From positions 1-61,485 of the IMG/VR virus record IMGVR_UViG_3300028031_000002: a stretch of 61,485 bases of DNA; one strand, 5' to 3'. The DNA is from a virus. Within the stretch, counting starts at the first letter, position 1. Each line of letters opens with the position of its first letter. Below are positions 15,754 to 23,869 of the stretch, in pieces. The notes under the pieces are model-generated. The model did not search any database, was not told where the DNA came from, and saw only the letters and a program-made list of their open reading frames with translations. Both the position numbers and the translations under genes were made by a program.

Positions 15754-15818
15754 TTTAATTGCAATTATTATATTAACTGAATACAATAAAAAACTTTTCA
15801 AAAAAGTGAAGAAAAGTG

Positions 15819-15847
15819 TTGACAAGATGAATTCGATTCAGTATAAT
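15819..15847 (+). promoter_or_regulatory. sigma70-type promoter (TTGACA-17-TATAAT), first of a duplicated pair
   Basis: cttttcaaaaaagtgaagaaaagtgTTGACAagatgaattcgattcagTATAAT. The block recurs 92 nt downstream. Confidence 0.75.
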
Positions 15848-15910
15848 GTGTACAGAAGTTAAGGAAAACCAAACTTTTCAAAAAACTTTTCAAAAAAGTG
15901 AAGAAAAGTG

Positions 15911-15939
15911 TTGACAAGATGGATTAGATACAGTATAAT
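15911..15939 (+). promoter_or_regulatory. sigma70-type promoter (TTGACA-17-TATAAT), second of the pair
   Basis: Near-identical copy of the 15790..15847 block, 49 nt upstream of the ATG at 15988. Confidence 0.75.
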
Positions 15940-15987
15940 ATATTTAAAGATTAAGAAACAACAACATAAACTTTAATAGGAATTAAA

Positions 15988-16644
15988 ATGAAACATTCAA
16001 ACGTTAATATTATTAGTACTGAAATGAGAGAAGCATATAAAACAGTAGGTAGCGACATTGTTACTAGAAATGCCATTTTTCAACCTTCAGGACGGTTTTT
16101 AACCCCAGTAGATTCAATTGAACATTTTGAATTTAAAGATTTCGGATTATTAGAAGCAGATTTACAAGAATTACAAAGTTTAAAAGATGCCAACATTGAC
16201 AATTTACCGAATAATACATCACCATTCGTTATTCAAATTGGTTTTGATGACATGGAACCTATTTATCAAGCAATAGACCAAAGATCCTCACAATTGATTG
16301 AAGCCGCTGAAAAATTAAATATTGAGTTATTATCAATAATCATTTTAAGCCCACGTGATGAGGACTATACACCAGTCAAAACAACAGAAGTTGAAAAAGT
16401 GAAAGAAGCTGCAAAAACTACCGAAGTTACCAAAACTATAGAAGTTGCAGAAATTGAAGAAATAAAAACAGAAGAAACCGTAAAAATGGCACAAAATGGC
16501 GTTAAGATTACAAAGAAAAACGGAGACACAAAATGGGCTAAAAGTTGGGTCAAACGAGCAATTGCAAAAGACCAAATTGAAAATCCTAATGCGGATTATG
16601 AAGTAGTAGAAATTGAAAATAAATTTGAAATTTACCGTAAATAA
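15988..16644 (+). CDS. early protein: ParB-N-like N-terminal region, E/K/T/V low-complexity linker, C-terminal WAKSWVKRAI module
   Basis: 218-aa ORF behind two consensus promoters, with an AGGA RBS. Paralogous in architecture to 16717..17508. Confidence 0.7.
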   Translation: MKHSNVNIISTEMREAYKTVGSDIVTRNAIFQPSGRFLTPVDSIEHFEFKDFGLLEADLQELQSLKDANIDNLPNNTSPFVIQIGFDDMEPIYQAIDQRSSQLIEAAEKLNIELLSIIILSPRDEDYTPVKTTEVEKVKEAAKTTEVTKTIEVAEIEEIKTEETVKMAQNGVKITKKNGDTKWAKSWVKRAIAKDQIENPNADYEVVEIENKFEIYRK

Positions 16645-16647
16645 GTC

Positions 16648-16676
16648 TTGACAAGACGGAACCAGTGCAGTATAAT
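16648..16676 (+). promoter_or_regulatory. sigma70-type promoter (TTGACA-17-TATAAT)
   Basis: TTGACAagacggaaccagtgcagTATAAT. The ORF-track TTG start at 16648 is the -35 hexamer itself. Confidence 0.75.
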
Positions 16677-16716
16677 GTTTTCAAAGAGTAAGAAAAACAA
16701 TTTAAAGGTATTTGAA

Positions 16717-17508
16717 ATGAGTAACAATAACGAAATGGTTTCAGTAGAAACAAAACCATATAAAATTAGTTTGGCATTGTTGGTGACACCCGCCCACATT
16801 GAGGTAAATAACGAACTTGTTGAGTCTCTAAAAAAGACCGGTATAAATGCAACTGTGCCATTATGTACTCCAACAGGAGTTGATACATACCAATTATTAA
16901 CTAATCAAGAGTTATATTTTGCTGCAAAAGCAGCTGGCATAAGATCTTTATGGGTACTTTTGATCGTAGGATCAAATGAAGAAAAGAACGAAATGAAAAA
17001 ACAACGGAATATCCAAAAAGAAGTGCAAAAAGAAGTGCAAAAAGAAGTACAAAAAGAAGTACAAAAAGAAGTTTTTTTAGAAAAGAATATTGAATTGCTT
17101 TATAAAAAAGACAATACGAGTGATTGGGCTAAAAGTTGGGTAAAACGAGCTATTGAGGCACATAAGATTGGTAACAAAGGTTGTACATATACAACCGAAG
17201 AAACTATTAAAGGGAAGTTTAAAATATACATTAAACGGGAACAAGAAAAGGAACAAGAAAAGGTTCTAAATAGAACCGACGTGGCATGTATTAGCGACAA
17301 GTATTATGATTTACATGATCAGCATTACCATGTATATTTAGCAGCAATGAAGTTGGAAGGTAAAGCAATTGCATTAATATTACGAGACCCGTTAGATGAG
17401 TTAAATCGTGAGTACTTTTATGATGCAATGGAATTATTGAGAAGTTACGATGCCATAGAGGCAATTAAATATTTAAACATCAAAAGTAACATAAAATATG
17501 TCATTTGA
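16717..17508 (+). CDS. early protein: ParB-N-like N-terminal region, (QKEV)5 repeat, WAKSWVKRAI module, extra C-terminal domain
   Basis: The ATG at 16717 is used because the track start at 16648 is the -35 hexamer. DTYQLLTNQELYFAAKAAGIRSLWVLLI resembles the ParB/Srx N-domain core, which is a weak call. Confidence 0.7.
   Translation: MSNNNEMVSVETKPYKISLALLVTPAHIEVNNELVESLKKTGINATVPLCTPTGVDTYQLLTNQELYFAAKAAGIRSLWVLLIVGSNEEKNEMKKQRNIQKEVQKEVQKEVQKEVQKEVFLEKNIELLYKKDNTSDWAKSWVKRAIEAHKIGNKGCTYTTEETIKGKFKIYIKREQEKEQEKVLNRTDVACISDKYYDLHDQHYHVYLAAMKLEGKAIALILRDPLDELNREYFYDAMELLRSYDAIEAIKYLNIKSNIKYVI
17014..17073 (+). repeat. 12-bp tandem repeat x5 (caaaaagaagtr), in frame, encoding (QKEV)5
   Basis: Read directly in the sequence. 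Lies inside CDS 16717..17508. Confidence 0.9.
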
Positions 17509-17656
17509 ATTAGCAGCAGCAGGGTTATTGGTGGCTGGTAGTGTAGCATTAATTACATTAACAGCCAAACAGAAGGCAGATAAAGCATTAGCAGAAAGTA
17601 AAGATTTACGAGAACTTTTATTAGCTAAAGAACAACCACAACAAAAGCGTATTTAG
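17498..17656 (+). CDS. small single-pass membrane protein (52 aa, below the track cutoff)
   Basis: MSFELAAAGLLVAGSVALITLTA... Overlaps the previous gene by 11 nt. Confidence 0.4.
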   Translation: MSFELAAAGLLVAGSVALITLTAKQKADKALAESKDLRELLLAKEQPQQKRI

Positions 17657-17675
17657 TCAATTACAGGAATATAAA

Positions 17676-18161
17676 ATGTTATTAACATCACAACAAGAGA
17701 ACAACGTAAGATACACATTTAATACTTTATTAGCGAATCCTACACATGTATCATTGATAAAAGACTTACATCAGCAATTAATGCTGGATTGTACTGCAAT
17801 CGCCTTAACAAGCACCTTCAAGCAGTTTATAAATGCGCTAAAAGTTTTGATAAATAATGAAGTAGCAATAATAGATCGAAAAATGTTAGATATTTTAATT
17901 GAAAGTGTCAACCATATGTTAAAGTTATCTTATAGTTTACCAAAGAAAGTACGTAATAAGAACCGTATTGGTTCTAAATTAAATCCTGTAATACCCATTA
18001 AAAAAAAGGTAACTGAAAAGGGCTATAAAACATTGGCATTTGCTAAAAGAGGTCTTAAATCGCGCCTAAAGAAGTTAAGGTTGAGCATAGAAGACCTAAA
18101 AGTTGAGTACTTGAAGTTTGAAGACGATTCATATTATGTAATATTTGACTTAAATAAGTAA
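17676..18161 (+). CDS. hypothetical protein
   Basis: 161-aa ORF with an AGGA RBS. Confidence 0.6.
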   Translation: MLLTSQQENNVRYTFNTLLANPTHVSLIKDLHQQLMLDCTAIALTSTFKQFINALKVLINNEVAIIDRKMLDILIESVNHMLKLSYSLPKKVRNKNRIGSKLNPVIPIKKKVTEKGYKTLAFAKRGLKSRLKKLRLSIEDLKVEYLKFEDDSYYVIFDLNK

Positions 18162-18597
18162 ATTTAAAACCACGTTAGTATTAAAGTATAGCACATAAAT
18201 TTTAACTGCAAATACAATGACTTAGAGGTTCGGACATTTCTAGCTATTGTAAAGACTGTATAAGTACTGCTAAAGTACTTATATGGCTCTCTATGTGCTT
18301 AATAAGCTTGACAAAAAGTTAAATTTGGTAACTACTTTTAAAATCTCTACACTGGTTCTATATTGTACCAAACTAGTTATATAGTCCTCACTATAAATAA
18401 GGACTAAAAACAGTGAAAAGTGGCTCTTTGGTAGTGCATTTAAGAGATTTTTATAAAACTGAAGTTCCATCAAAAAATCAAATTTAGTAGTGCTTAAAAC
18501 GGCTTAAAAGGGGTTAGGTGGATTCTATAAAAGGGCTTGAAGTTAGGGTAAATATTCAATCAAAAAGTAAGTGTGCAATAGTGGTATAAAGTCGCAT

Positions 18598-18790
18598 ATG
18601 TCCGTCAAAGGCTATTATAGTAATAGGCTTTGTCAGACTAATGGGCTTCTACGGCATTTTGACATATTTATGACAGGTACCAACACCCCTCAAATATATA
18701 TAATATACATGGACCACAAGAAAAGGCTTTGATGTCACAACTGAAGTTGCTTTGATGTTACTTCTAAGTAGGCACAAAAGAGCTTTTTTT
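18598..18790 (+). repeat. degenerate copy of the 176-bp element
   Basis: cgtcaaaggctattatagtaataggctttgtcagactaatgggcttc...ggctttgatg...gctttgatg...ggcacaaaag keeps the order of the conserved blocks but is heavily diverged. Confidence 0.45.
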
Positions 18791-19244
18791 CAATAAAACC
18801 AGTTAATAAACAAGAAGTAAAACGATTTAAATTCCGCTAAACTATTCCAATAAAGTACTAATTAAGGCTGTTTTAGTGCTTTATTGATCATTTCCGATGT
18901 GTAAAAACTCCCTTATAGTCTATATTTCGCTTATTTGTTAAAGGTAACAACGAGGCAAAACACGGTGAAATTTAAAAACTTAACCGGAAGCTATTTAAAA
19001 ATACTAGTACAGTGTTTTAAAAAGATTGTGGCACTAACATATATTAAACTCATTTTTCTTTTAAACAAACTAGATGCTAGCTTCGGTAATGATGACGATA
19101 TAACACATATTAATAACCTTATTGAAAAACGTAAAAAGTCACTTAAACGGTGAAATAACCCCCAAAAAGGGGCTAGTAAGGCTATTATAGACTTACCCAG
19201 TCTTAACTGTCTTAGACTATTATTATAACCGGAAATATAGAACT

Positions 19245-19724
19245 ATGAAAAATTATTTAATGGTAACTTTAAGTGTGCCGGCAGTTGCTAAGATGTACTA
19301 CGACACAAATCAAGATGAAATTGCCTCCGTATCTAAAGCTATAATTGAATTAAAAGAACCCACAGAGTTGGTAACACTTTTAAATGAAGCTTCATTAGAT
19401 CATTTATTAGATATGGGAATAGTATTTGAGAATGCTTATAAAGACACTATAGGCTACAGTACTATTGATGATGTGGTAACTGTTATGTCAATTAATGTTG
19501 CCGCCGCGGTGCCTGTTGAGGTAGGCGTAGTAAAAACATTGGCAGTAACCGCAATACTTGAGTACTGTTTAGAACTTGAGGCTATTAGTGACACTGCATT
19601 TGATAATATTAACGCGGCTTTAAATGTGTATAGAAATTTAATAGGCGATTTCACTTTAAATCAAATTGAAGAAGCTAACAACTTCTTCAGTTATTCTGTA
19701 CTTGATCAAACTGAGAACCAATAA
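19245..19724 (+). CDS. hypothetical acidic protein
   Basis: 159-aa ORF. Confidence 0.6.
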   Translation: MKNYLMVTLSVPAVAKMYYDTNQDEIASVSKAIIELKEPTELVTLLNEASLDHLLDMGIVFENAYKDTIGYSTIDDVVTVMSINVAAAVPVEVGVVKTLAVTAILEYCLELEAISDTAFDNINAALNVYRNLIGDFTLNQIEEANNFFSYSVLDQTENQ

Positions 19725-20002
19725 TGATAAAAGTAACAAAACTAGATATAACCGAAAAGTGCTTTGAAATTGAGACAATTAAACTCTTCAATGCACTTAC
19801 ATTAGGACTTAAATTGAGCTTAATGTATACTGAATGCAAAGACATTTCTACAGCTTTAAAGGCTCATGTTGAGCGAAAACGTACTATTTATGCAATGAGA
19901 GTTAAACGTTCATTTGATTATGGGGGACGACGTTCCGCAATACGAACCATAAATCGCCTAAAATGGCGCGGTAAAATGGCGCGAGTTCGCTTTGTTAATT
20001 AA
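19724..20002 (+). CDS. hypothetical protein with a basic C-terminus
   Basis: 92-aa ORF with a TAATG overlap to the previous gene. Confidence 0.55.
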   Translation: MIKVTKLDITEKCFEIETIKLFNALTLGLKLSLMYTECKDISTALKAHVERKRTIYAMRVKRSFDYGGRRSAIRTINRLKWRGKMARVRFVN

Positions 20003-20014
20003 AACATGTAACCA

Positions 20015-20048
20015 CAATAAAGAATATGATAACTACTATTCTTTATTG
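20015..20048 (+). other. perfect 12-bp stem hairpin without a U tract
   Basis: caataaagaata-tgataactac-tattctttattg, after CDS 19724..20002. Confidence 0.7.
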
Positions 20049-20081
20049 CATAGCTGTTCAATTCTATTGAGATATTACTAA

Positions 20082-20777
20082 ATGCGTCAATATATAACTT
20101 TAAAAATGCTTAAACGGCTACTATTTGATGGCAATACAATAACTTTTGGTGACAGAAGTCTTAAAGGCACTGTAATTGACAATAGAACCATCAAGAAGCC
20201 AGACAATTTAGCACTTTATTTGAACAAAGTAAATGGGGTCTATTTGGAATGGTATCATAAAGAAGAACTAATCAAAGTAATTTATGTCGGCAAGACATTA
20301 AAAGAGTATTATCTTGCACTTATATTGACTGAGGATATTTTATTATTTGGGCAATATAAACCGCCATTTTCTATGGAGTGTTTAAGTTTATCATATAGTT
20401 CATATTCAGAACTACTTTTATATCTAAGTAATAAATTTAATTTACAGTTGAATATAGTCTGTAATGGCACTTTTACGCTTAAATTAAACGATATAAGCAT
20501 TTATGAGTCTGAACAACGGCAAGAAATCTTATTATACCTATACATAGGCTTACAAAGTTTAGTTAAAATTGCAGAAATTGAGCCTACCGAGTGGCAAAAA
20601 TCTTTAATAGAACCTGGTACTGTACCTTTAAAGAGGAAATCCATTGTTACATATTGTAAAGTACCCCCGAACATAATGGGTAATCTTTTAAAGCATCCTA
20701 AAGTGCGTAATTTAGATGTGTTTTTAGCAAATAAAATTATTTTAAAATTCAAAACCTTAACGGTGGCAATAGAATGA
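20082..20777 (+). CDS. hypothetical protein
   Basis: 231-aa ORF with an ATGA overlap to dut. Confidence 0.6.
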   Translation: MRQYITLKMLKRLLFDGNTITFGDRSLKGTVIDNRTIKKPDNLALYLNKVNGVYLEWYHKEELIKVIYVGKTLKEYYLALILTEDILLFGQYKPPFSMECLSLSYSSYSELLLYLSNKFNLQLNIVCNGTFTLKLNDISIYESEQRQEILLYLYIGLQSLVKIAEIEPTEWQKSLIEPGTVPLKRKSIVTYCKVPPNIMGNLLKHPKVRNLDVFLANKIILKFKTLTVAIE

Positions 20778-21229
20778 AATTCAAGAAAATATCAAAAATA
20801 GCAACTTTCGAGAGGGCAACAAATGGCTCGGCAGGATACGATTTAACTGCTTGTACCCAAAGTTTCGATGGAAGCACTTTAACAGTCTTTTTAGGGGTCG
20901 TAGTAGAAATACCGGATGGCTATGTAGGATTACTAATCCCGCGTTCTTCAACATACAAGAAATATGGTTTAACATTATCAAATAGCGTTGGTGTGATTGA
21001 CTCTGATTATAGGGGTGAATTAATGGCAACTTTTACAACTAGCATCGCCACATTGCAATCACAAGTACAACTTGGTGCAAAAATAATGCAATTGTTGTTG
21101 ATTAAGTGTAATACACCTGAACCAGAAGAAACAGACAAATTAAGTCTACCAAAAACAGGTAGTTTACCAAAAAGAGCTAGAAAAGTACCTATTAAGACGA
21201 AAAAAAACAACACTTTAGCCGCACTTTAG
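20774..21229 (+). CDS. dut: dUTPase (trimeric family) with a non-canonical C-terminus
   Basis: Motifs GSAGYDL, IPRSS, GVIDSDYRGEL and KIMQLLL are present. The usual C-terminal RGxxGFGS motif is absent and replaced by a K/R-rich tail. Confidence 0.85.
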   Translation: MKFKKISKIATFERATNGSAGYDLTACTQSFDGSTLTVFLGVVVEIPDGYVGLLIPRSSTYKKYGLTLSNSVGVIDSDYRGELMATFTTSIATLQSQVQLGAKIMQLLLIKCNTPEPEETDKLSLPKTGSLPKRARKVPIKTKKNNTLAAL

Positions 21230-21259
21230 TTGCCTTTTATTGCACTTTAGAGGTTCTTT

Positions 21260-21619
21260 ATGAATGATTTAGATATATTACGCTCTAAATATATGGAACT
21301 TGTGGAACTTTCAAAGTCAAATAAGGTGCCATGTTATGTTGCTAGTGTCGTAATTGGTCTGACACCTGTCACATATTTGACTGCATTGTCTCTTTTAGGT
21401 GAAGAAGAAGGAGACGACAAGATATTAATGACTTTACGGCAAAGTGATTTTGCACAGTATGTTTCATTAATAAATGCACCTGAAGAAAATGAGGTACAAT
21501 TAAAGTTGTTTGAGCCACTGTTTCTTTTTCCAGAAAATGCAAATTCTGAAGTTACCACATTTAAAGTAATTTTTACCGAAAGTGCGGAAAAAGAAACACC
21601 AAAGAGTATAAATATATGA
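21260..21619 (+). CDS. hypothetical protein
   Basis: 119-aa ORF with an AGAGG RBS. Confidence 0.55.
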   Translation: MNDLDILRSKYMELVELSKSNKVPCYVASVVIGLTPVTYLTALSLLGEEEGDDKILMTLRQSDFAQYVSLINAPEENEVQLKLFEPLFLFPENANSEVTTFKVIFTESAEKETPKSINI

Positions 21620-22125
21620 AGAAACTAGTATTATTTTCAGGTGTACAACGGAGTGGAAAGACTTACGGTGCAAATACTTTAGCTAAAATCTTTGAGGGGC
21701 AATTAGTAAAAACAGAAATCAAAGGTTTCATAATTAAAACCCATTCAAAGTTACATTACTGCAAGTTAATTGGCGGCGAACTGGGTTATAAAGAGAATTA
21801 TACTGTTCATAAGGCTATTTTAGAGCATTTGATGAGTCTCATCATGAGTTCTTTACGCTCAGATAAGAATTTAATCGTACTAGATAGAGGCTTAATAGAC
21901 GTTCTAATGTATTTTAAGAGTGGTAAACACCATAAAGACGATTTAAAATCTTTAATAATTTCCGTAAAGACTAAACTGTTTTATATACAAACGCTATTTG
22001 ATTTACATACTATCTTTCATCCATTACCGTTATCAAAATACATCACAGAACAATTAAAGCCTTCATACGAGCTATTAAGAGCAAATTATGTGCATTGTGA
22101 GAAGGCTTTAAATGAGCATTATTGA
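21616..22125 (+). CDS. P-loop NTPase, possibly a (deoxy)nucleotide kinase
   Basis: GVQRSGKT Walker A and LIVLDRG, with the size and context of nucleotide-metabolism genes. Substrate unknown. Confidence 0.5.
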   Translation: MKKLVLFSGVQRSGKTYGANTLAKIFEGQLVKTEIKGFIIKTHSKLHYCKLIGGELGYKENYTVHKAILEHLMSLIMSSLRSDKNLIVLDRGLIDVLMYFKSGKHHKDDLKSLIISVKTKLFYIQTLFDLHTIFHPLPLSKYITEQLKPSYELLRANYVHCEKALNEHY

Positions 22126-23611
22126 AACTATAAATAACTTTAACATTACGCCGTCAGGTAAAATGCTCATAAATAGTAAAAAATCACGTATTTTCATTAG
22201 CGGTGCGGTAGGTAGTGGAAAAAGTACCGCGGCAATGATTGCGCTAGTAAAGCGCGGGATGGAACAACCCTTATATGGTGGTGTTAGGCGTTCTAGGCTG
22301 TTACTTTCAAGGTCAACTCGCCCTGAAATCCTAATGACTCTTCTAAAGACTTTTTTAATGCTATTTCCAACGACTAAAATGAAGTATGGGCATCCGATAA
22401 CTGGTACATTATCACTGTTGAACGATAAGAATGAACTTTGTGTATTAGAATTGGTCTTTCTAGCTGTTGGAAACAAAAAGGACGTGGACAAAATAAAGTC
22501 GTTTGAAATTACATGGGGTTATTTAAATGAGGTTACTGGTATACCATATGAAGTTTATGTGGCATACTTAAATCGCATTGGTAGATACCCATCAAAGATG
22601 AATGGAGGTGTAAACTCCTATGGCATAATATGTGACACTAACGCTTTTCCTACCACTCATTGGTTAAAAGAAAAGTTCTATAAAGACTTTCCTGTAATAT
22701 GTCCTGAAACAGGTGATTTTTTAGAGACTGATGATATGTTACTTATTAGGCAACCACCGGCTTTAAAAATGTTTCAAACTAAGGTTAAGGCGAATAAGTA
22801 TGCCAATAGTATTGGTTTCACGGTACATAAAAGTTTAAATAACCAATATTTCGTACAAAATCCACATTGTGACAACTTGACAAACTTACCTGATAAGTAT
22901 TATACTGCTTCAATTGAAGCTAAAACCACCCCAGACATTCGTGTAAACTATATGGGGCATTTTATGAGTGATGATGTGGGTAGTGCGGTATGTTACCCAA
23001 TGTTTAAGGAATATTTGCACATAACAGAAGAAACACAAAACCCTAAAAGTGCGTCTTTGGTAGCCTTGGGATGGGACTTTGGATTAACTCCGGCGTGTGT
23101 AATAACATATACAACAATAGTAAAGGATGAGGACTGTAATGCCATTTATAAAGTGCATGTTGCTGGTGAAGTATTAGGCATAAATGTTGGTTTAGAACAA
23201 TTTGTACCAGAGGTTACGTTAAAGCTAAATGAATTGGGAATCCAAATTAGTGACACACTCTCTTTTATAGATGTGGCAGGACAACAGCGTGCGCAAAGTG
23301 ATGAAAGTACATGTTTATCGGTACTGAACAAGTATGAATTTCAAACGGGTGGCACCGTAACTCAAAATGTAATGAGTAGACTAGAAGCGGTACGTAATTT
23401 GTTCTATACTGAGGGACAATTTACTGTTCACAGTGGTTGCACGTCCTTAATCCAAGGCTTTATCTCAGATTATAAATTCAGTGATTTAATGTTGATCAAA
23501 GGAATATTGAAACCTGACAAAGACAACAGCCATATACAGGACGCATTACAATATGTAGCGTTGGGAATAGACACATTATATGACATTGATGAGTCAATCA
23601 CAGGTTTTTAG
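22112..23611 (+). CDS. terL: terminase large subunit
   Basis: Walker A GAVGSGKS, Walker B-like ITWGYLNE, the nuclease-domain segment GWDFGLTPACVI and the C-terminal HIQDALQYVA. Confidence 0.85.
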   Translation: MSIIETINNFNITPSGKMLINSKKSRIFISGAVGSGKSTAAMIALVKRGMEQPLYGGVRRSRLLLSRSTRPEILMTLLKTFLMLFPTTKMKYGHPITGTLSLLNDKNELCVLELVFLAVGNKKDVDKIKSFEITWGYLNEVTGIPYEVYVAYLNRIGRYPSKMNGGVNSYGIICDTNAFPTTHWLKEKFYKDFPVICPETGDFLETDDMLLIRQPPALKMFQTKVKANKYANSIGFTVHKSLNNQYFVQNPHCDNLTNLPDKYYTASIEAKTTPDIRVNYMGHFMSDDVGSAVCYPMFKEYLHITEETQNPKSASLVALGWDFGLTPACVITYTTIVKDEDCNAIYKVHVAGEVLGINVGLEQFVPEVTLKLNELGIQISDTLSFIDVAGQQRAQSDESTCLSVLNKYEFQTGGTVTQNVMSRLEAVRNLFYTEGQFTVHSGCTSLIQGFISDYKFSDLMLIKGILKPDKDNSHIQDALQYVALGIDTLYDIDESITGF

Positions 23612-23787
23612 CTAGATGGTAATTCTCTGACAGGTGCTTATATATTATAGCATCTGTCAATAGAATGGGCTTCCTCGCAAACTGCGCTTTTAAAGCCCTT
23701 TGATAGTACCATTCTGCTATTGCTAAAGCTTTGATAAAACCAAAACTTCAAAAGTGACTTTTTATCCTTTAGACTCAACTAGTTACA
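23612..23787 (+). repeat. 176-bp intergenic element, copy F5
   Basis: Begins immediately after the terminase TAG (23609..23611). Confidence 0.9.
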
Positions 23788-23869
23788 TATTATTGGGTTT
23801 TTTAGCAGTGCTTTTTTATTTGGAAAGTTATAACACATTGAAATTTAACACGAAAAGGGTTCTATTATT

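Noticed and set aside
15591-15760. Sigma54 promoters (TGGCAC...TTGC) in the 78-bp tandem repeat
   Set aside because: TGGCACaataTTGC has a spacer one nt shorter than the invariant -24/-12 spacing. The other arrangement (TGGCAC-n9-TTGC) is four nt too long.
15545-15862. 105-aa ORF with duplicated hydrophobic segments
   Set aside because: It has a TTG start without an RBS. It spans the tandem DNA repeat, runs through promoter 15819..15847 and ends after its -10 hexamer. It is more parsimonious as a regulatory region. It is kept only as a possibility in the corresponding finding.
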